Below are positions 27,931-37,772 of a stretch of 64,000 nucleotides of DNA, in pieces. How positions within the stretch are numbered: the first letter of the stretch is position 1; each line of letters starts with the position of its first letter. Source of the DNA: Acidimicrobiia bacterium (lineage in GTDB: Bacteria; Actinomycetota; Acidimicrobiia; Spongiisociales; ZC4RG35); NCBI GenBank assembly GCA_035513335.1, contig DATKCE010000017.1, positions 13,255-77,254 on the forward strand. The letters are read 5' to 3'. The notes below the pieces were generated by a model. The model saw nothing but the letters and a program-made list of their open reading frames with translations. It was not told the origin of the DNA and did not search any database. Both the position numbers and the translations under genes were made by a program.

Positions 27931-28716
27931 TCATATACGGACGGCCAGCCCCCGGATCCGCTCGTTGATCTCCGCTGCCGTCTCCAGCAACTTGGGCTTG
28001 AACACCTCGTGCATGCCCTCGATGTCGACCCGGGAGGCATGACAGCTGACGTTCATCGCAGCGATGACCTCGCCTCTGCGGTTCCTGATCGGTGCCGCGA
28101 TCGAGCGCACGCCCTCCTCCAGCTCCTGGTCCACCAGTGCGAAGCCTTCTTCACGACACTGGTGGATCAGTTCGCGGAACCGTTCCCGGTCGGTGACGGT
28201 GTGGGGGGTCAGCTCCTCGAGGTCGGTTCGCTCGATGGCCTCCTCGAGTTCCTCATCGGCCAACCCGGCGAGGAGTACGCGACCCATCGACGTCGGGTAG
28301 GCGGGAAGCCGGGACCCGAGCGCCAGGGCGATGGTCATGATTCGCTTCGTGGGGACCCGGGCTACGTAGACGATATCGGGCCCGTTGAGAACGGACATCG
28401 AAGATGACTCCTGGACCTGGTCGACCAGCCGCTCCATGGACGGCTGGGCGACGTCGACTACTCGTAATGACGAGAGGAATGAGTATCCCAGTTCGAGGAC
28501 CTTCGGCGTGAGAGCGAACGACCGTCCTCGCTGATCGACGTACCCGAGCTCGGCGAGGGTCAGCAACACCCGTCGCGCGGTGGCTCGGGTGAGTCCGGTG
28601 TGCTCCGCCACCTCACTGAGCGTCTGGCCCGGGTTCTCACCGGAGAACGAGTTGATCACCAACAGGCCACGCTCGAGAGACTGGATGAAATCGGCCGAGT
28701 GGCCCCTGGCGGTCAC
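27931..28716 (-). CDS. IclR-family transcriptional regulator (PcaR/PobR-like)
   Basis: HTH LSEVAEHTGLTRATARRVLLTLAELGY plus an IclR effector domain. GTG 28716 overlaps the pcaJ stop (GTGA). Confidence 0.8.
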   Translation of the reverse strand: MTARGHSADFIQSLERGLLVINSFSGENPGQTLSEVAEHTGLTRATARRVLLTLAELGYVDQRGRSFALTPKVLELGYSFLSSLRVVDVAQPSMERLVDQVQESSSMSVLNGPDIVYVARVPTKRIMTIALALGSRLPAYPTSMGRVLLAGLADEELEEAIERTDLEELTPHTVTDRERFRELIHQCREEGFALVDQELEEGVRSIAAPIRNRRGEVIAAMNVSCHASRVDIEGMHEVFKPKLLETAAEINERIRGLAVRI

Positions 28717-29489
28717 TTCCCCTCCCCCGAGTGCGCCGCCGCGGTGCGCTCCTTGAGATCGCGCAGGATGCGCAGCTCGTCGGCCGTGGGAGGGTCGGTC
28801 ACATCGAGATCTTCGGCTATCCGCAGTGCCCACCCAGTCTTCTCGACGATCTCATCGGTGTCGACTCCCGGATGGATCGCCACCAGCTCAAGCTCGTGAC
28901 TCGTCGGGTGGGGCCGTAGCACCCCGAGATCGGTGATCACCACGGTGGGCCCTGCTCCGCGATGCCCCTCCCTCCCTTCCCCGCTCCGTCCGTACCCGAC
29001 CGATGACACGAAATCGACGGTCTCGACGAACGTGCGCTCCGAGTGCCGCAGCATCACGATCACCTCACCTGCCGAAGAGGCGATCTCCGGTGCGCCTCCT
29101 GCTCCGGGGAGACGCACCTTGGGATCGTCGTACGGGCCGATGACCGTGCTGTTGAGATTGCCGAAGCGATCGATCTGAGCGGCTGAGAGGAAACCCACGT
29201 CGACCCGTCCCGCCTGCAACCAGTAGGCGAAGATCTCGGGAACACTCACCACCAGGTCGGCCTGCTCGGCCAACTCTCCATCACCGATGGAGAGGGGCAG
29301 GACCTTCGGTCGGGTGCCGATGGTCCCGGACTCATAGATGAGCACCACTTCGGGGGCGTGGGAGAGACGGGCCAGGTTGGCCGCCTCGCTGGGAAGGCCG
29401 ATGCCGACGAAGCACACCTGCCCGCCGCGGAGTTGGCGGGCAGCCACGATCGACATGATCTCGTCGGCGGTGTAGTTGACGTCAGTCAT
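28713..29489 (-). CDS. pcaJ: 3-oxoadipate:succinyl-CoA transferase subunit B
   Basis: CoA-transferase B-subunit-like (ESGTIG region), paired with the A subunit, in a pca context. Confidence 0.75.
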   Translation of the reverse strand: MTDVNYTADEIMSIVAARQLRGGQVCFVGIGLPSEAANLARLSHAPEVVLIYESGTIGTRPKVLPLSIGDGELAEQADLVVSVPEIFAYWLQAGRVDVGFLSAAQIDRFGNLNSTVIGPYDDPKVRLPGAGGAPEIASSAGEVIVMLRHSERTFVETVDFVSSVGYGRSGEGREGHRGAGPTVVITDLGVLRPHPTSHELELVAIHPGVDTDEIVEKTGWALRIAEDLDVTDPPTADELRILRDLKERTAAAHSGEGK

Positions 29490-30354
29490 CGGCCACCAGG
29501 GAGGTCACGGAGTCATCGTCCACCGCGGCCAGATATGTGGAGAAATCGTCCGGTCCGGTGACATACCTCCCGATCCACCTGGCAAAGACCTCGCGGTATC
29601 TCGAGATGGCATCCCACCGGGTGTAGAAGGCGTTGTCGCGTTCGGTGTATCCCATCGAGTAGGAGGGGTGCGACCCGCGCGGGACTTCGGCGATGGCATC
29701 GATCGTCCAGGAGGGAAGGACCACACCGTTGGGACCCCGGAACTCGATGTCACCGACCACCTCCTCGACGGTGACCACCACTCTTGATGCGGCCAGGGCC
29801 ACCTCGCGCTGCACTCCCGTGATACCCCACAAGCCCACGTTGCCTTGTCTGTCCGCCTGCTGGGCGTGGATCACCGCTACGTCGGGGTTGATGGCAGGCA
29901 CCGCCGTCACCTCCTGACCGTCGAACGGAGAAGTGAGGGTGGCGACGTTGGTGTGCGCACTCAGGTCGGTGCCGATGTAGCCGTGGAGGATGCCGAAAGG
30001 GAGCCCGGCGGCCCCGGCGGAGTAACGGGCTGCCATGCCGGCATGGGTGTGCTCTTCGATCTCGAGAGGCCGTGGGTATCCGTGCTCGACCGCGTCGCGC
30101 AGTCGATGGAGTGATCCGACACCGGGATTACCACCCCAGGAGAAGACCAGCTTGGCGGCACACCCCGCCCCGATCAACTGGTCGTAGATGACATCGGGGG
30201 TCATCCGGATCAGTGTGAGGTCCCTTTTCGCCTGTCGGATCACCTCGTGGCCGGCAGCGACGGGGATGAGATGGGTGAAACCCTCCATCGCAACGACAGA
30301 GCCATCATCGACCAGATCGGCGATCGCCGTGTGAAGAGAGGTGATCTCGGCCAA
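29482..30354 (-). CDS. pcaI: 3-oxoadipate:succinyl-CoA transferase subunit A
   Basis: CoA-transferase A-subunit-like translation. Overlaps the pcaJ start. Divergent from pobA. Confidence 0.75.
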   Translation of the reverse strand: MAEITSLHTAIADLVDDGSVVAMEGFTHLIPVAAGHEVIRQAKRDLTLIRMTPDVIYDQLIGAGCAAKLVFSWGGNPGVGSLHRLRDAVEHGYPRPLEIEEHTHAGMAARYSAGAAGLPFGILHGYIGTDLSAHTNVATLTSPFDGQEVTAVPAINPDVAVIHAQQADRQGNVGLWGITGVQREVALAASRVVVTVEEVVGDIEFRGPNGVVLPSWTIDAIAEVPRGSHPSYSMGYTERDNAFYTRWDAISRYREVFARWIGRYVTGPDDFSTYLAAVDDDSVTSLVADD

Positions 30355-30371
30355 TTCAGCAGATCCTCCGC

Positions 30372-30386
30372 GTTCGCATTACGAAC
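30372..30386. promoter_or_regulatory. Candidate IclR (PcaR-type) operator GTTCGCATTACGAAC
   Basis: 15-bp inverted repeat GTTCG-N5-CGAAC in the pcaI/pobA divergent region. Resembles the Pseudomonas PcaR box GTTCGATAATCGCAC as I recall it. Confidence 0.45.
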
Positions 30387-30478
30387 ATTTGTGCGAGAAC
30401 CGTACGAATTGGCTATACACGTGTCAAGCGTGCCCTCGTCACAGCCCGATAGCCTCAGTCGGTAAGGATAGACCACAC

Positions 30479-31666
30479 ATGAGCGAGACCGGTGACAAGA
30501 CCCAGGTAGCGATCGTCGGTGGGGGACCTGCCGGGTCGCTGCTCGCCTATCTCCTCCATCTCCAGGGCGTCGAGTCGATCGTGTTCGAGCTGCGCACCCG
30601 TGAGTACGTCCTGGAGCGGATTCGCGCCGGAGTCATCGAGCACGGCAGCGGCGAGGTCCTCAGGCAGGCAGGGCTCGGCGACCGCATGGACCGGGAGGGT
30701 TTCTTCCACGACGGGGTCAATCTCGCCTTCGCCGACACCTTGCTGAACGTGAACTTCAAGGAGCTCACCGACAAGCACGTGATCATCTACGGCCAGACCC
30801 AATTGCAGAAAGATCTCTATGACGCAATCGACGGGGCCGGGATCACCCTGATCGACGAAGCAGAGAGCATCGGCCTCCACGGTATCGAGACCGACTCACC
30901 CACCGTCACCTTCACCCGCCACGGAGAAGAGCATGAGCTCTCCTGTGACTACATCGCCGGTTGTGACGGCGCCCACAGCACCACCCGGGAGTTCGTGCCG
31001 CCATCGATCCGGGAGACATTCGAGCGGCTCTACCCCTTCGTGTGGGTCGGCATCCTCTCCGAGACCCCACCGGTCAACGACGAGCTGATCTACGCCAACC
31101 ATCCCGACGGATTCGCCCTCTGCTCGATGCGCAACGAGAACCTGAGCCGCTACTACGTTCAAGGCGCGGCGGACGACACCCCCGACGACTGGCCCGATGA
31201 TCTCTTCTGGGAGACGCTCGCGACACGACTCCCCAACGAGGCCTCCGATCGGCTCGTCACCGGCCCGTCGATCGAAAAATCTGTCACGCCCCTTCGCAGC
31301 TGGGTGTCGGAGCCTCTGCGTCACGGTCGTCTCTTCCTCGCCGGCGACGCGGCCCACATCGTGCCCCCCACGGGAGCCAAGGGGCTCAACCTGGCGATAT
31401 CCGACGTGGTCTACCTGGCCGAGGCTCTGGTCGGCTTCTACTCGGACGGGTCGGAGACCGGGCTCGACGAGTACTCCGACCGAGCCCTGGCGCGGGTCTG
31501 GAAGGCGGTTCGTTTCTCGTGGTGGATGACCTCGACCATGCATCGCTTTCCCGGGATGTCCAACGACTTCGATCGCCGACTGCAACGCACCGAGCTCGAG
31601 TACCTGTTCTCCTCGCAGAACGCACAGCGGGCCATGGCTGAGAACTATGTTGGGCTTCCCTTATGA
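30479..31666 (+). CDS. pobA: 4-hydroxybenzoate 3-monooxygenase
   Basis: TQVAIVGGGPAGSLLAYLL, YVLERIRAGVIEHG and DYIAGCDGAHS are collinear with PobA. Confidence 0.9.
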   Translation: MSETGDKTQVAIVGGGPAGSLLAYLLHLQGVESIVFELRTREYVLERIRAGVIEHGSGEVLRQAGLGDRMDREGFFHDGVNLAFADTLLNVNFKELTDKHVIIYGQTQLQKDLYDAIDGAGITLIDEAESIGLHGIETDSPTVTFTRHGEEHELSCDYIAGCDGAHSTTREFVPPSIRETFERLYPFVWVGILSETPPVNDELIYANHPDGFALCSMRNENLSRYYVQGAADDTPDDWPDDLFWETLATRLPNEASDRLVTGPSIEKSVTPLRSWVSEPLRHGRLFLAGDAAHIVPPTGAKGLNLAISDVVYLAEALVGFYSDGSETGLDEYSDRALARVWKAVRFSWWMTSTMHRFPGMSNDFDRRLQRTELEYLFSSQNAQRAMAENYVGLPL

Positions 31667-32037
31667 GTGACGACAAGCACGAGCGAGGCATGGAGATGCG
31701 CCGCGGCGTCCTGGGAGACGAGCACGTCGACCGGGCGGTGGCAGCCACCACGGATCTCGACCGTGACTTTCAACGGTGGATCACCGAGAACGTGTGGGGC
31801 GACCTCTGGGCCCGGCCCGGGCTGGAGAGACGACAGCGGAGCCTGATCACCATCGCAATCCTCGCCGCCTCCGGCCATGAGGAGCTCGCCTTGCATCTCC
31901 GGGCGGCAAAGAACACCGGAGCCACACCGGAGGAGATCACGGAGGTGCTGCTCCACGTAGCCGTCTACGCCGGGGTCCCGGCGGCCAATCAAGCTCTCAA
32001 GACAATGAAGACCATCTACGAGGAGGGGGCAGAGTGA
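31663..32037 (+). CDS. pcaC: 4-carboxymuconolactone decarboxylase
   Basis: 124 aa. The CMD-family segment WARPGLERRQRSLITIAILAASG...HLRAA is present. ATGA overlap with pobA. Confidence 0.85.
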   Translation: MSDDKHERGMEMRRGVLGDEHVDRAVAATTDLDRDFQRWITENVWGDLWARPGLERRQRSLITIAILAASGHEELALHLRAAKNTGATPEEITEVLLHVAVYAGVPAANQALKTMKTIYEEGAE

Positions 32038-32759
32038 CCGAGCCCGTCATCCGCCATTACGGGCCGAAGGCCTATTCGGACCATCCACCGTTCAGCTATC
32101 CCGACTACAAGTCGACCGTCCTACGCGGCCCGAAACAGGACCTGCTCACAATCGTGCAGACACTGTCCGAGACCACAGGGCCCGGACCGATCTGGACGGA
32201 AGTCTCCGAGGAGGACGCCGACCTGACCAGCAACGCTGGCACCGGCGAGGCGGCGATCGGTGAGCGCATCATCGTCACCGGACAGGTCCTCGACGAGGAC
32301 GGCAACGGGATACCGGGTGTCCTCATGGAGATCTGGCAGGCCAACGCCTGTGGACGCTACGTCCACTGGAGGGAGACCGCCTTCCCGGCTCCCCTCGACC
32401 CCAACTTCATCGGGGTGGGCCAATGTGTGACGGGAGAGGGCGGCGAGTACCGGTTCCTCACCATCAAGCCGGGACCCTACCCATGGGGCAATCACCCCAA
32501 TGCGTGGCGGCCGGCCCACATCCATTTCTCCTTCATGGGGCCGTCGGTGGGGAGCCGCCTGGTGACCCAGATGTACTTCGAGAACGACCCCCTCTTCCCC
32601 TTCGACCCGATCTTCAACTCGGTACCAGAGCACACCCGGCACCGGATGATCGCCCGGTACGACCATGAAGTAACCGAGGAGAACTGGGCTCTGGGATGGC
32701 GATGGGACGTTGTCCTCAGGGGAAAGGCGGCCACCCCATTCGAGGAGGACGACGAGTGA
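32034..32759 (+). CDS. pcaH: Protocatechuate 3,4-dioxygenase beta subunit
   Basis: IWQANACGRY...RPAHIHF intradiol dioxygenase signatures. Confidence 0.9.
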   Translation: MTEPVIRHYGPKAYSDHPPFSYPDYKSTVLRGPKQDLLTIVQTLSETTGPGPIWTEVSEEDADLTSNAGTGEAAIGERIIVTGQVLDEDGNGIPGVLMEIWQANACGRYVHWRETAFPAPLDPNFIGVGQCVTGEGGEYRFLTIKPGPYPWGNHPNAWRPAHIHFSFMGPSVGSRLVTQMYFENDPLFPFDPIFNSVPEHTRHRMIARYDHEVTEENWALGWRWDVVLRGKAATPFEEDDE

Positions 32760-33328
32760 GCGAGCTGGGTGAGACTCCGTCACAGACGGTCGGGCCGTAC
32801 TTCAGCATGCGTCTCTCCGCCGAAGGGGAGAACATTCTCACCAGCAGGGACGATCGGATCGTCATCGAGGGCAGGGTGATAGACGGTGCCGGCAACCACA
32901 TCGAGGACGCCCTCCTCGAGATCTGGCAGGCATCGCCGTCGGGGAGGTACAACCACCCCGACGACACCCGCGACCTCGAGCTGGAACCGGACTTCACCGG
33001 TTTTGGCCGGGCAGCCAGTGACTTCGAGACCGGCGAATACCGAGTCGAGACCCTGAAGCCAGGCCGGGTCCCCGACAGTGAAGGGGCGTTCCAGGCTCCG
33101 CACATCTCGCTCATCGTGCAGGGGCGGGGCATGCTCAATCCCAGCTTCACCCGGATCTACTTCTCCGACGAGGAGGACGCCAACGCCGACGACCTCGTTC
33201 TTCGCAGCGTCCCGATGGGGCGACGTCACACCCTCATCGCCGAGCTCCAAGAGGGCACCGACCCGCCTGTGTACCGGTTCGACATCAAGATGCAGGGGGA
33301 AGACGAGACGGTCTTCTTCGACTTCTGA
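32756..33328 (+). CDS. pcaG: Protocatechuate 3,4-dioxygenase alpha subunit
   Basis: GTG 32756 overlaps the pcaH stop. TPSQTVGPYF and IWQASPSGRY. Confidence 0.9.
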   Translation: MSELGETPSQTVGPYFSMRLSAEGENILTSRDDRIVIEGRVIDGAGNHIEDALLEIWQASPSGRYNHPDDTRDLELEPDFTGFGRAASDFETGEYRVETLKPGRVPDSEGAFQAPHISLIVQGRGMLNPSFTRIYFSDEEDANADDLVLRSVPMGRRHTLIAELQEGTDPPVYRFDIKMQGEDETVFFDF

Positions 33329-34461
33329 TGACCGTCCGGCCCTCCTTCGACCCCGGCTTCTCCACCGACGCCCTCACCACCCTGTACGCGCCGCGGTCGC
33401 GGGTCGATGCCCTGCTCAGGTTCGAAGAGGCTCTGGCTCTGGCTGTCGCCGACGCCGGTCTGGCGCCGGGAGACGAGGCAGAGGCGACCGCGGCGGCATG
33501 CCGCGGTGGGGTAGACGACCCGGAGCGGATCCTCGACTCGACCTGGGAGACGGGTACTCCGGTCATCGCATTGCGCGCCGCGGTCGAGGCCGGCCCATGG
33601 TTCCACCACGGTGCCACCACCCAAGACGCTATCGACACCGCCCAGATGATCCTCGCCGGAGCGGCGCTGGAGATCCTCGAAGGCCACCTGTCCGCGATGG
33701 CGGAGCGTCTGCGCGATCTGACCCGGGAACATAGTCACCAACCGCAGATGGGCCGGACCTTCCTCCAGGACGCCCGCCCCACCACCTTCGGATTCCGCAC
33801 CGCGACCTGGCTCGATGCCGTGCTCGACCATATCGTGGATGTGCGATACCAGCGAACACGGCTGGTGGTGCAGTTGGGTGGCCCGGTGGGCACAGGAGAC
33901 GCCTACGGCGAGCGAGGTCGAGCGGTGATCGATACCCTCGCCCAACGGCTCGGACTGAGGGCGCCAGACGTCTCGTGGCACACCAACAGGTCTGGTCTGC
34001 TCGCCCTGGCTCAGGCGGTGGAGAGGATGGCACGCACCATGGCCAAGATCGGCTCCGATGTCGCCCTGCTCGCCTCGAGCCCCATCGCCGAGGTAGCGGT
34101 GCGGTCGGGTGGTTCGTCCAGCATGCCGGAGAAGAAAAACCCCATCGACTCCGTTCGCGCCGTGGCCGCGGCATCGGCATGCGCAGGGGCGGCGGCCATG
34201 CTGACCACGGCTCCGCCGCACCAGTTGGATCGGGCCGTGGGGGGATGGCACGTCGAGTGGGTGGCCCTTCCCCTGGTCTTCCAGACCGCAGGTGCCGCCG
34301 CGGAGGCGATGGAGCAGTGTCTCGACTCACTGGAGGTCGACGCCGAGGCCATGGGCTCTCATGCAGGCACAAATAGCCTCGAAGCCGGCTTCTCGCAGAT
34401 CGACCGCGTCCTCGCCGCTTGTGACGAGACACTGGCCCATCGGCCTCAAAGGCCCAGGTAG
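33328..34461 (+). CDS. pcaB: 3-carboxy-cis,cis-muconate cycloisomerase (short form)
   Basis: Fumarase/ASL-superfamily signature GGSSSMPEKKNP. Position directly after pcaHG. Confidence 0.8.
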   Translation: MTVRPSFDPGFSTDALTTLYAPRSRVDALLRFEEALALAVADAGLAPGDEAEATAAACRGGVDDPERILDSTWETGTPVIALRAAVEAGPWFHHGATTQDAIDTAQMILAGAALEILEGHLSAMAERLRDLTREHSHQPQMGRTFLQDARPTTFGFRTATWLDAVLDHIVDVRYQRTRLVVQLGGPVGTGDAYGERGRAVIDTLAQRLGLRAPDVSWHTNRSGLLALAQAVERMARTMAKIGSDVALLASSPIAEVAVRSGGSSSMPEKKNPIDSVRAVAAASACAGAAAMLTTAPPHQLDRAVGGWHVEWVALPLVFQTAGAAAEAMEQCLDSLEVDAEAMGSHAGTNSLEAGFSQIDRVLAACDETLAHRPQRPR

Positions 34462-35150
34462 GCCCGACCCAGCAGCTCGCTCGACTCCAACTCCGTCGTG
34501 TCGCCCTCGAGCACGACACGACCGTTCTCGAGCACATAACCGCGGTCGGCGATCTCGAGGCTCTTGTGCACGTTCTGCTCGATGAGGAGAACGGTGATCC
34601 CCTCGTCGCGCAGTTGGCTCATGACGTGAAAGGACTGTTCGATCAGCAGCGGAGACATCCCTATGGAGGGCTCATCGAAGATACACAGTGTGGGAAGGCC
34701 CATCAACGCCCGCCCGATGACCAGCATCTGTCTCTCTCCACCACTGAGGGTGCGGGCGAGGGCACGCTCGCGCTCCTCGAGTCGGGGGAAGAGATGTAGG
34801 ACGCGCTCGAGGGTTTGGTCACGACGCTCCCAGGCCCTTCGGTGGTACGCACCCATCTCCAGGTTCTCCCGGACACTCATGTCGCGAAAGATCCCTCCTC
34901 CCTCCGGTCCGTAGGCGATCCCGAGTTCGCTGATCCGATGGGGGTCACGACCTTCGATGCGTTGCCCGGTGAACTTGATCATCCCCGAGGACGGTTCGAT
35001 CAGGCCGACGATCGTCCTCACCAACGTGGTCTTGCCGGCCCCGTTCGCTCCGAGAACGGTGACGATCTCCCCCTCGTCGACCCGTATCGTCACGTCCCAC
35101 AACGCCTTGATCGCCCCATATCCGGCATTGACGTTGTGGAGGCGGAGCAT
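34446..35150 (-). CDS. Branched-chain-amino-acid-type (HAAT family) ABC transporter ATP-binding protein, LivF-like
   Basis: Walker A GANGAGKTT, signature LSGGERQ. Confidence 0.85.
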   Translation of the reverse strand: MLRLHNVNAGYGAIKALWDVTIRVDEGEIVTVLGANGAGKTTLVRTIVGLIEPSSGMIKFTGQRIEGRDPHRISELGIAYGPEGGGIFRDMSVRENLEMGAYHRRAWERRDQTLERVLHLFPRLEERERALARTLSGGERQMLVIGRALMGLPTLCIFDEPSIGMSPLLIEQSFHVMSQLRDEGITVLLIEQNVHKSLEIADRGYVLENGRVVLEGDTTELESSELLGRAYLGL

Positions 35151-35878
35151 CAGGAGTCCTCTCCCAGATATACCGACCTGACCGCTGGGTCGGCGGCGAT
35201 CTCCCCTGGTGTGCCCTCGGCGATCTTCGCGCCGAAGTGAAAGACGATGATGCGGTCGCAGACACCCATGATCGCCTCCATCACGTGCTCGATCATGAAG
35301 ATCGTCACTCCCTGATCGCGCAGCCGGCTGATCTGCTCCATGGCCTGTTCGAGCTCTCGCGGAGTCAGACCTGCCATCGACTCGTCGAGAAGGAGCATCT
35401 CGGCACTGGTAGCCAGGGCGCGTGCGATCTCCAGATAGCGGCGGCTCGCCAGTGAGAGATCTCGGACCGGCTTGTTGCGATCGGAGAGGATCCCCATCCT
35501 CGCCATCATCTGGTTGACCTCTCGCTCGGCCTCTTCGTGGCGGAGACGTCGCTCCGGGTTCCCATAGATGAGGGCCAGTCGGATGTTCTCGAACGCGGTC
35601 ATGCCGTTGAACAGCTTCGAGGTTTGAAAGGTCCGGGCCAGGCCACGGCGGCTGATCTGATCCGGTCGAATCCGGGTGATGTCTTCGTCCTTGAACCTGA
35701 TCGCCCCCCGTTGCACTTCGAGAGCTCCCGAGATCAGGTTGAACATCGTCGTCTTGCCGGCGCCGTTGGGCCCGATGAGCCCGACGATCTCACCCTGGTC
35801 GACCTCGAGATCGACCCCGTCAACTGCCTTGAGGCCACCGAAGCGGTGCGAGACCTTTCGAACCTCGAGCAAGCTCAT
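35150..35878 (-). CDS. HAAT-family ABC transporter ATP-binding protein, LivG-like
   Basis: ATG 35878 overlaps the permease stop (ATGA). Walker A GPNGAGKTT. The upstream part of the track ORF is antisense noise. Confidence 0.85.
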   Translation of the reverse strand: MSLLEVRKVSHRFGGLKAVDGVDLEVDQGEIVGLIGPNGAGKTTMFNLISGALEVQRGAIRFKDEDITRIRPDQISRRGLARTFQTSKLFNGMTAFENIRLALIYGNPERRLRHEEAEREVNQMMARMGILSDRNKPVRDLSLASRRYLEIARALATSAEMLLLDESMAGLTPRELEQAMEQISRLRDQGVTIFMIEHVMEAIMGVCDRIIVFHFGAKIAEGTPGEIAADPAVRSVYLGEDS

Positions 35879-36870
35879 CGCCTCTTCGCCTGCCTCTCGC
35901 GCCGCAACCGGGTGATCCTCATTCTCAGCATGATCCAGCGGACCTTGACCCGGAAGTAGCCCTTCTGGGCGAGCTCGACCAGACCCCCGGGGAGCCAAAG
36001 AACCACGACCACCAACGTCAGGCCGAATAGGAGTAGGTAGATGTACGGGTACTCGGTGATGAGCCACTCCTGCAGGGCGACCAGGATCACAGATCCGAGC
36101 AGAGGGCCGTACAGCTTCGAGATACCGCCCAAGATCGCCATCACCACGGGGAGGAACGAGATGAGAGGGTTGAAAGCGACGTTGGGGTCGATGTAGCGGA
36201 ATCTGGTGGCCATCACGGCACCCGTCATGCCCATGAGCACGCTGCTGAGCGCAAACGTGAGCACCTTGACGCGGGTCACATTGATGCCGATGTGCTCTGC
36301 CGCCTCCTGATTCTGGCCGATTCCCTGCAGAGCCATGCCCGGACTGGAATGTCTGAGGAGAAATGCGGCGATCAACGTGATGGAAAATAGGATCAGCAGC
36401 AACAGATAGACCGTCTCGTTGCTCGCACCGGCGACATGTCGACCGACCGTCCCGCTGATCCGGGTCTCGAACCATTGGACCGAGCTCCGGATCAGGGCGG
36501 CGACTCCGAAGGTGAAGAGAATGAAGTAGACCCCCTTCAGCTTGAGGGTGAGCAGCCCGATGGCGAGGGCGATCAAGAAGGCAGCCAGTCCACCTATCAG
36601 GACGATCACCTCGATGGGCAGATGGCCTCTGAGAATGGCCGACAGGTAGACCCCGACTCCGAACAGCCCGGCCGTCGCCAGGGAGATGTACCCGGTGGGG
36701 CCGGAGAACATCGTCCAGCTCAGTGTCAGGATGGCGTACATCAACACGGTGATGAGGCTGATGGCGAGCGAGCCGGGCAAGATCGTGGGTGCGATCGCCA
36801 GGGCCACGATGGCAAGAGGAATCGCAACCAGGGCCGGCTTCTCCTCGCTGATGATCGTGCTAATCAGCAT
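35875..36870 (-). CDS. HAAT-family ABC transporter permease, LivM-like
   Basis: Polytopic translation in the usual operon position. Confidence 0.8.
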   Translation of the reverse strand: MLISTIISEEKPALVAIPLAIVALAIAPTILPGSLAISLITVLMYAILTLSWTMFSGPTGYISLATAGLFGVGVYLSAILRGHLPIEVIVLIGGLAAFLIALAIGLLTLKLKGVYFILFTFGVAALIRSSVQWFETRISGTVGRHVAGASNETVYLLLLILFSITLIAAFLLRHSSPGMALQGIGQNQEAAEHIGINVTRVKVLTFALSSVLMGMTGAVMATRFRYIDPNVAFNPLISFLPVVMAILGGISKLYGPLLGSVILVALQEWLITEYPYIYLLLFGLTLVVVVLWLPGGLVELAQKGYFRVKVRWIMLRMRITRLRRERQAKRR

Positions 36871-37753
36871 GGATCTGTCTCCCCAGGAGCCCCGAGGGTT
36901 TCACCAACAGGACGAGGATGAAGATGAGGTAGAAAGCCACCAGCGACAGGCTGGGGTCGATGAAGTTGACGAGGGATATCACCAGCCCGAGAAGGAACCC
37001 TCCGATCAGGCTGCCGGTGATACTCCCCAGGCCGCCAACGACCACGACCACTATCGCCACGAGGGTCAGCTCGATGCCACGACTGGCCTGTATCTCGAAC
37101 ATCATGCTGTAGAGGACTCCGGCGAGCCCGGCGAGCCCCGCACCGAGACCGAAACAGATCGCCAGCACCCGCTTGCGATCGACCCCCAGCGCCTCAGCCA
37201 TGTCTGGCCGCTCGGCAGCGGCCCGTATCGCCTTGCCCAGCCGGGTGTGACGGATGAAGAGGTAGAAGGCGATACTCACGGTGACCGCCACGAGGAGTGT
37301 GATCAGACGGTTGAGCCCGTAGCGTCTGCCCAGGATCTCCACGGGTGTGTTCAACACGCTGTAACCGCGCAGGCCAGCTCCCCAGGTGACGAGCATGAGG
37401 TTCTGGATGACGAAGAGCAATCCAAACGAAACCAGCAACGACCTGCCCTCGAAGTGGTCTTCGTCGAACGAGGTTCGGCGCAGGTCGTTGAACAGGGTCC
37501 GGTCGAGGGTGAATCCGATCAGGAACAGAACCGGAGCGACGAAGGTGATCGCCAACAGAGGATGGATGCCGGTGACGGTGTAGAGGCTGTAGGTGGCCAG
37601 GGCAGCCAGGATGATGAACTCGCCGTGGGAGACGTTCAGGACACGACCGACTCCATACTGGAGGCTGAGTCCTACGGCGATCAGGGCGTACAGCCCTCCG
37701 AGGATGAGGCCGGTGATGACGACATCGATGGCGCTCTCGATCATCTCAGCCAA
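36860..37753 (-). CDS. HAAT-family ABC transporter permease, LivH-like
   Basis: Polytopic translation. Overlaps the LivM-like start. Confidence 0.8.
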   Translation of the reverse strand: MAEMIESAIDVVITGLILGGLYALIAVGLSLQYGVGRVLNVSHGEFIILAALATYSLYTVTGIHPLLAITFVAPVLFLIGFTLDRTLFNDLRRTSFDEDHFEGRSLLVSFGLLFVIQNLMLVTWGAGLRGYSVLNTPVEILGRRYGLNRLITLLVAVTVSIAFYLFIRHTRLGKAIRAAAERPDMAEALGVDRKRVLAICFGLGAGLAGLAGVLYSMMFEIQASRGIELTLVAIVVVVVGGLGSITGSLIGGFLLGLVISLVNFIDPSLSLVAFYLIFILVLLVKPSGLLGRQIHAD

Positions 37754-37772
37754 TCACCCCGACCGAGGCACG

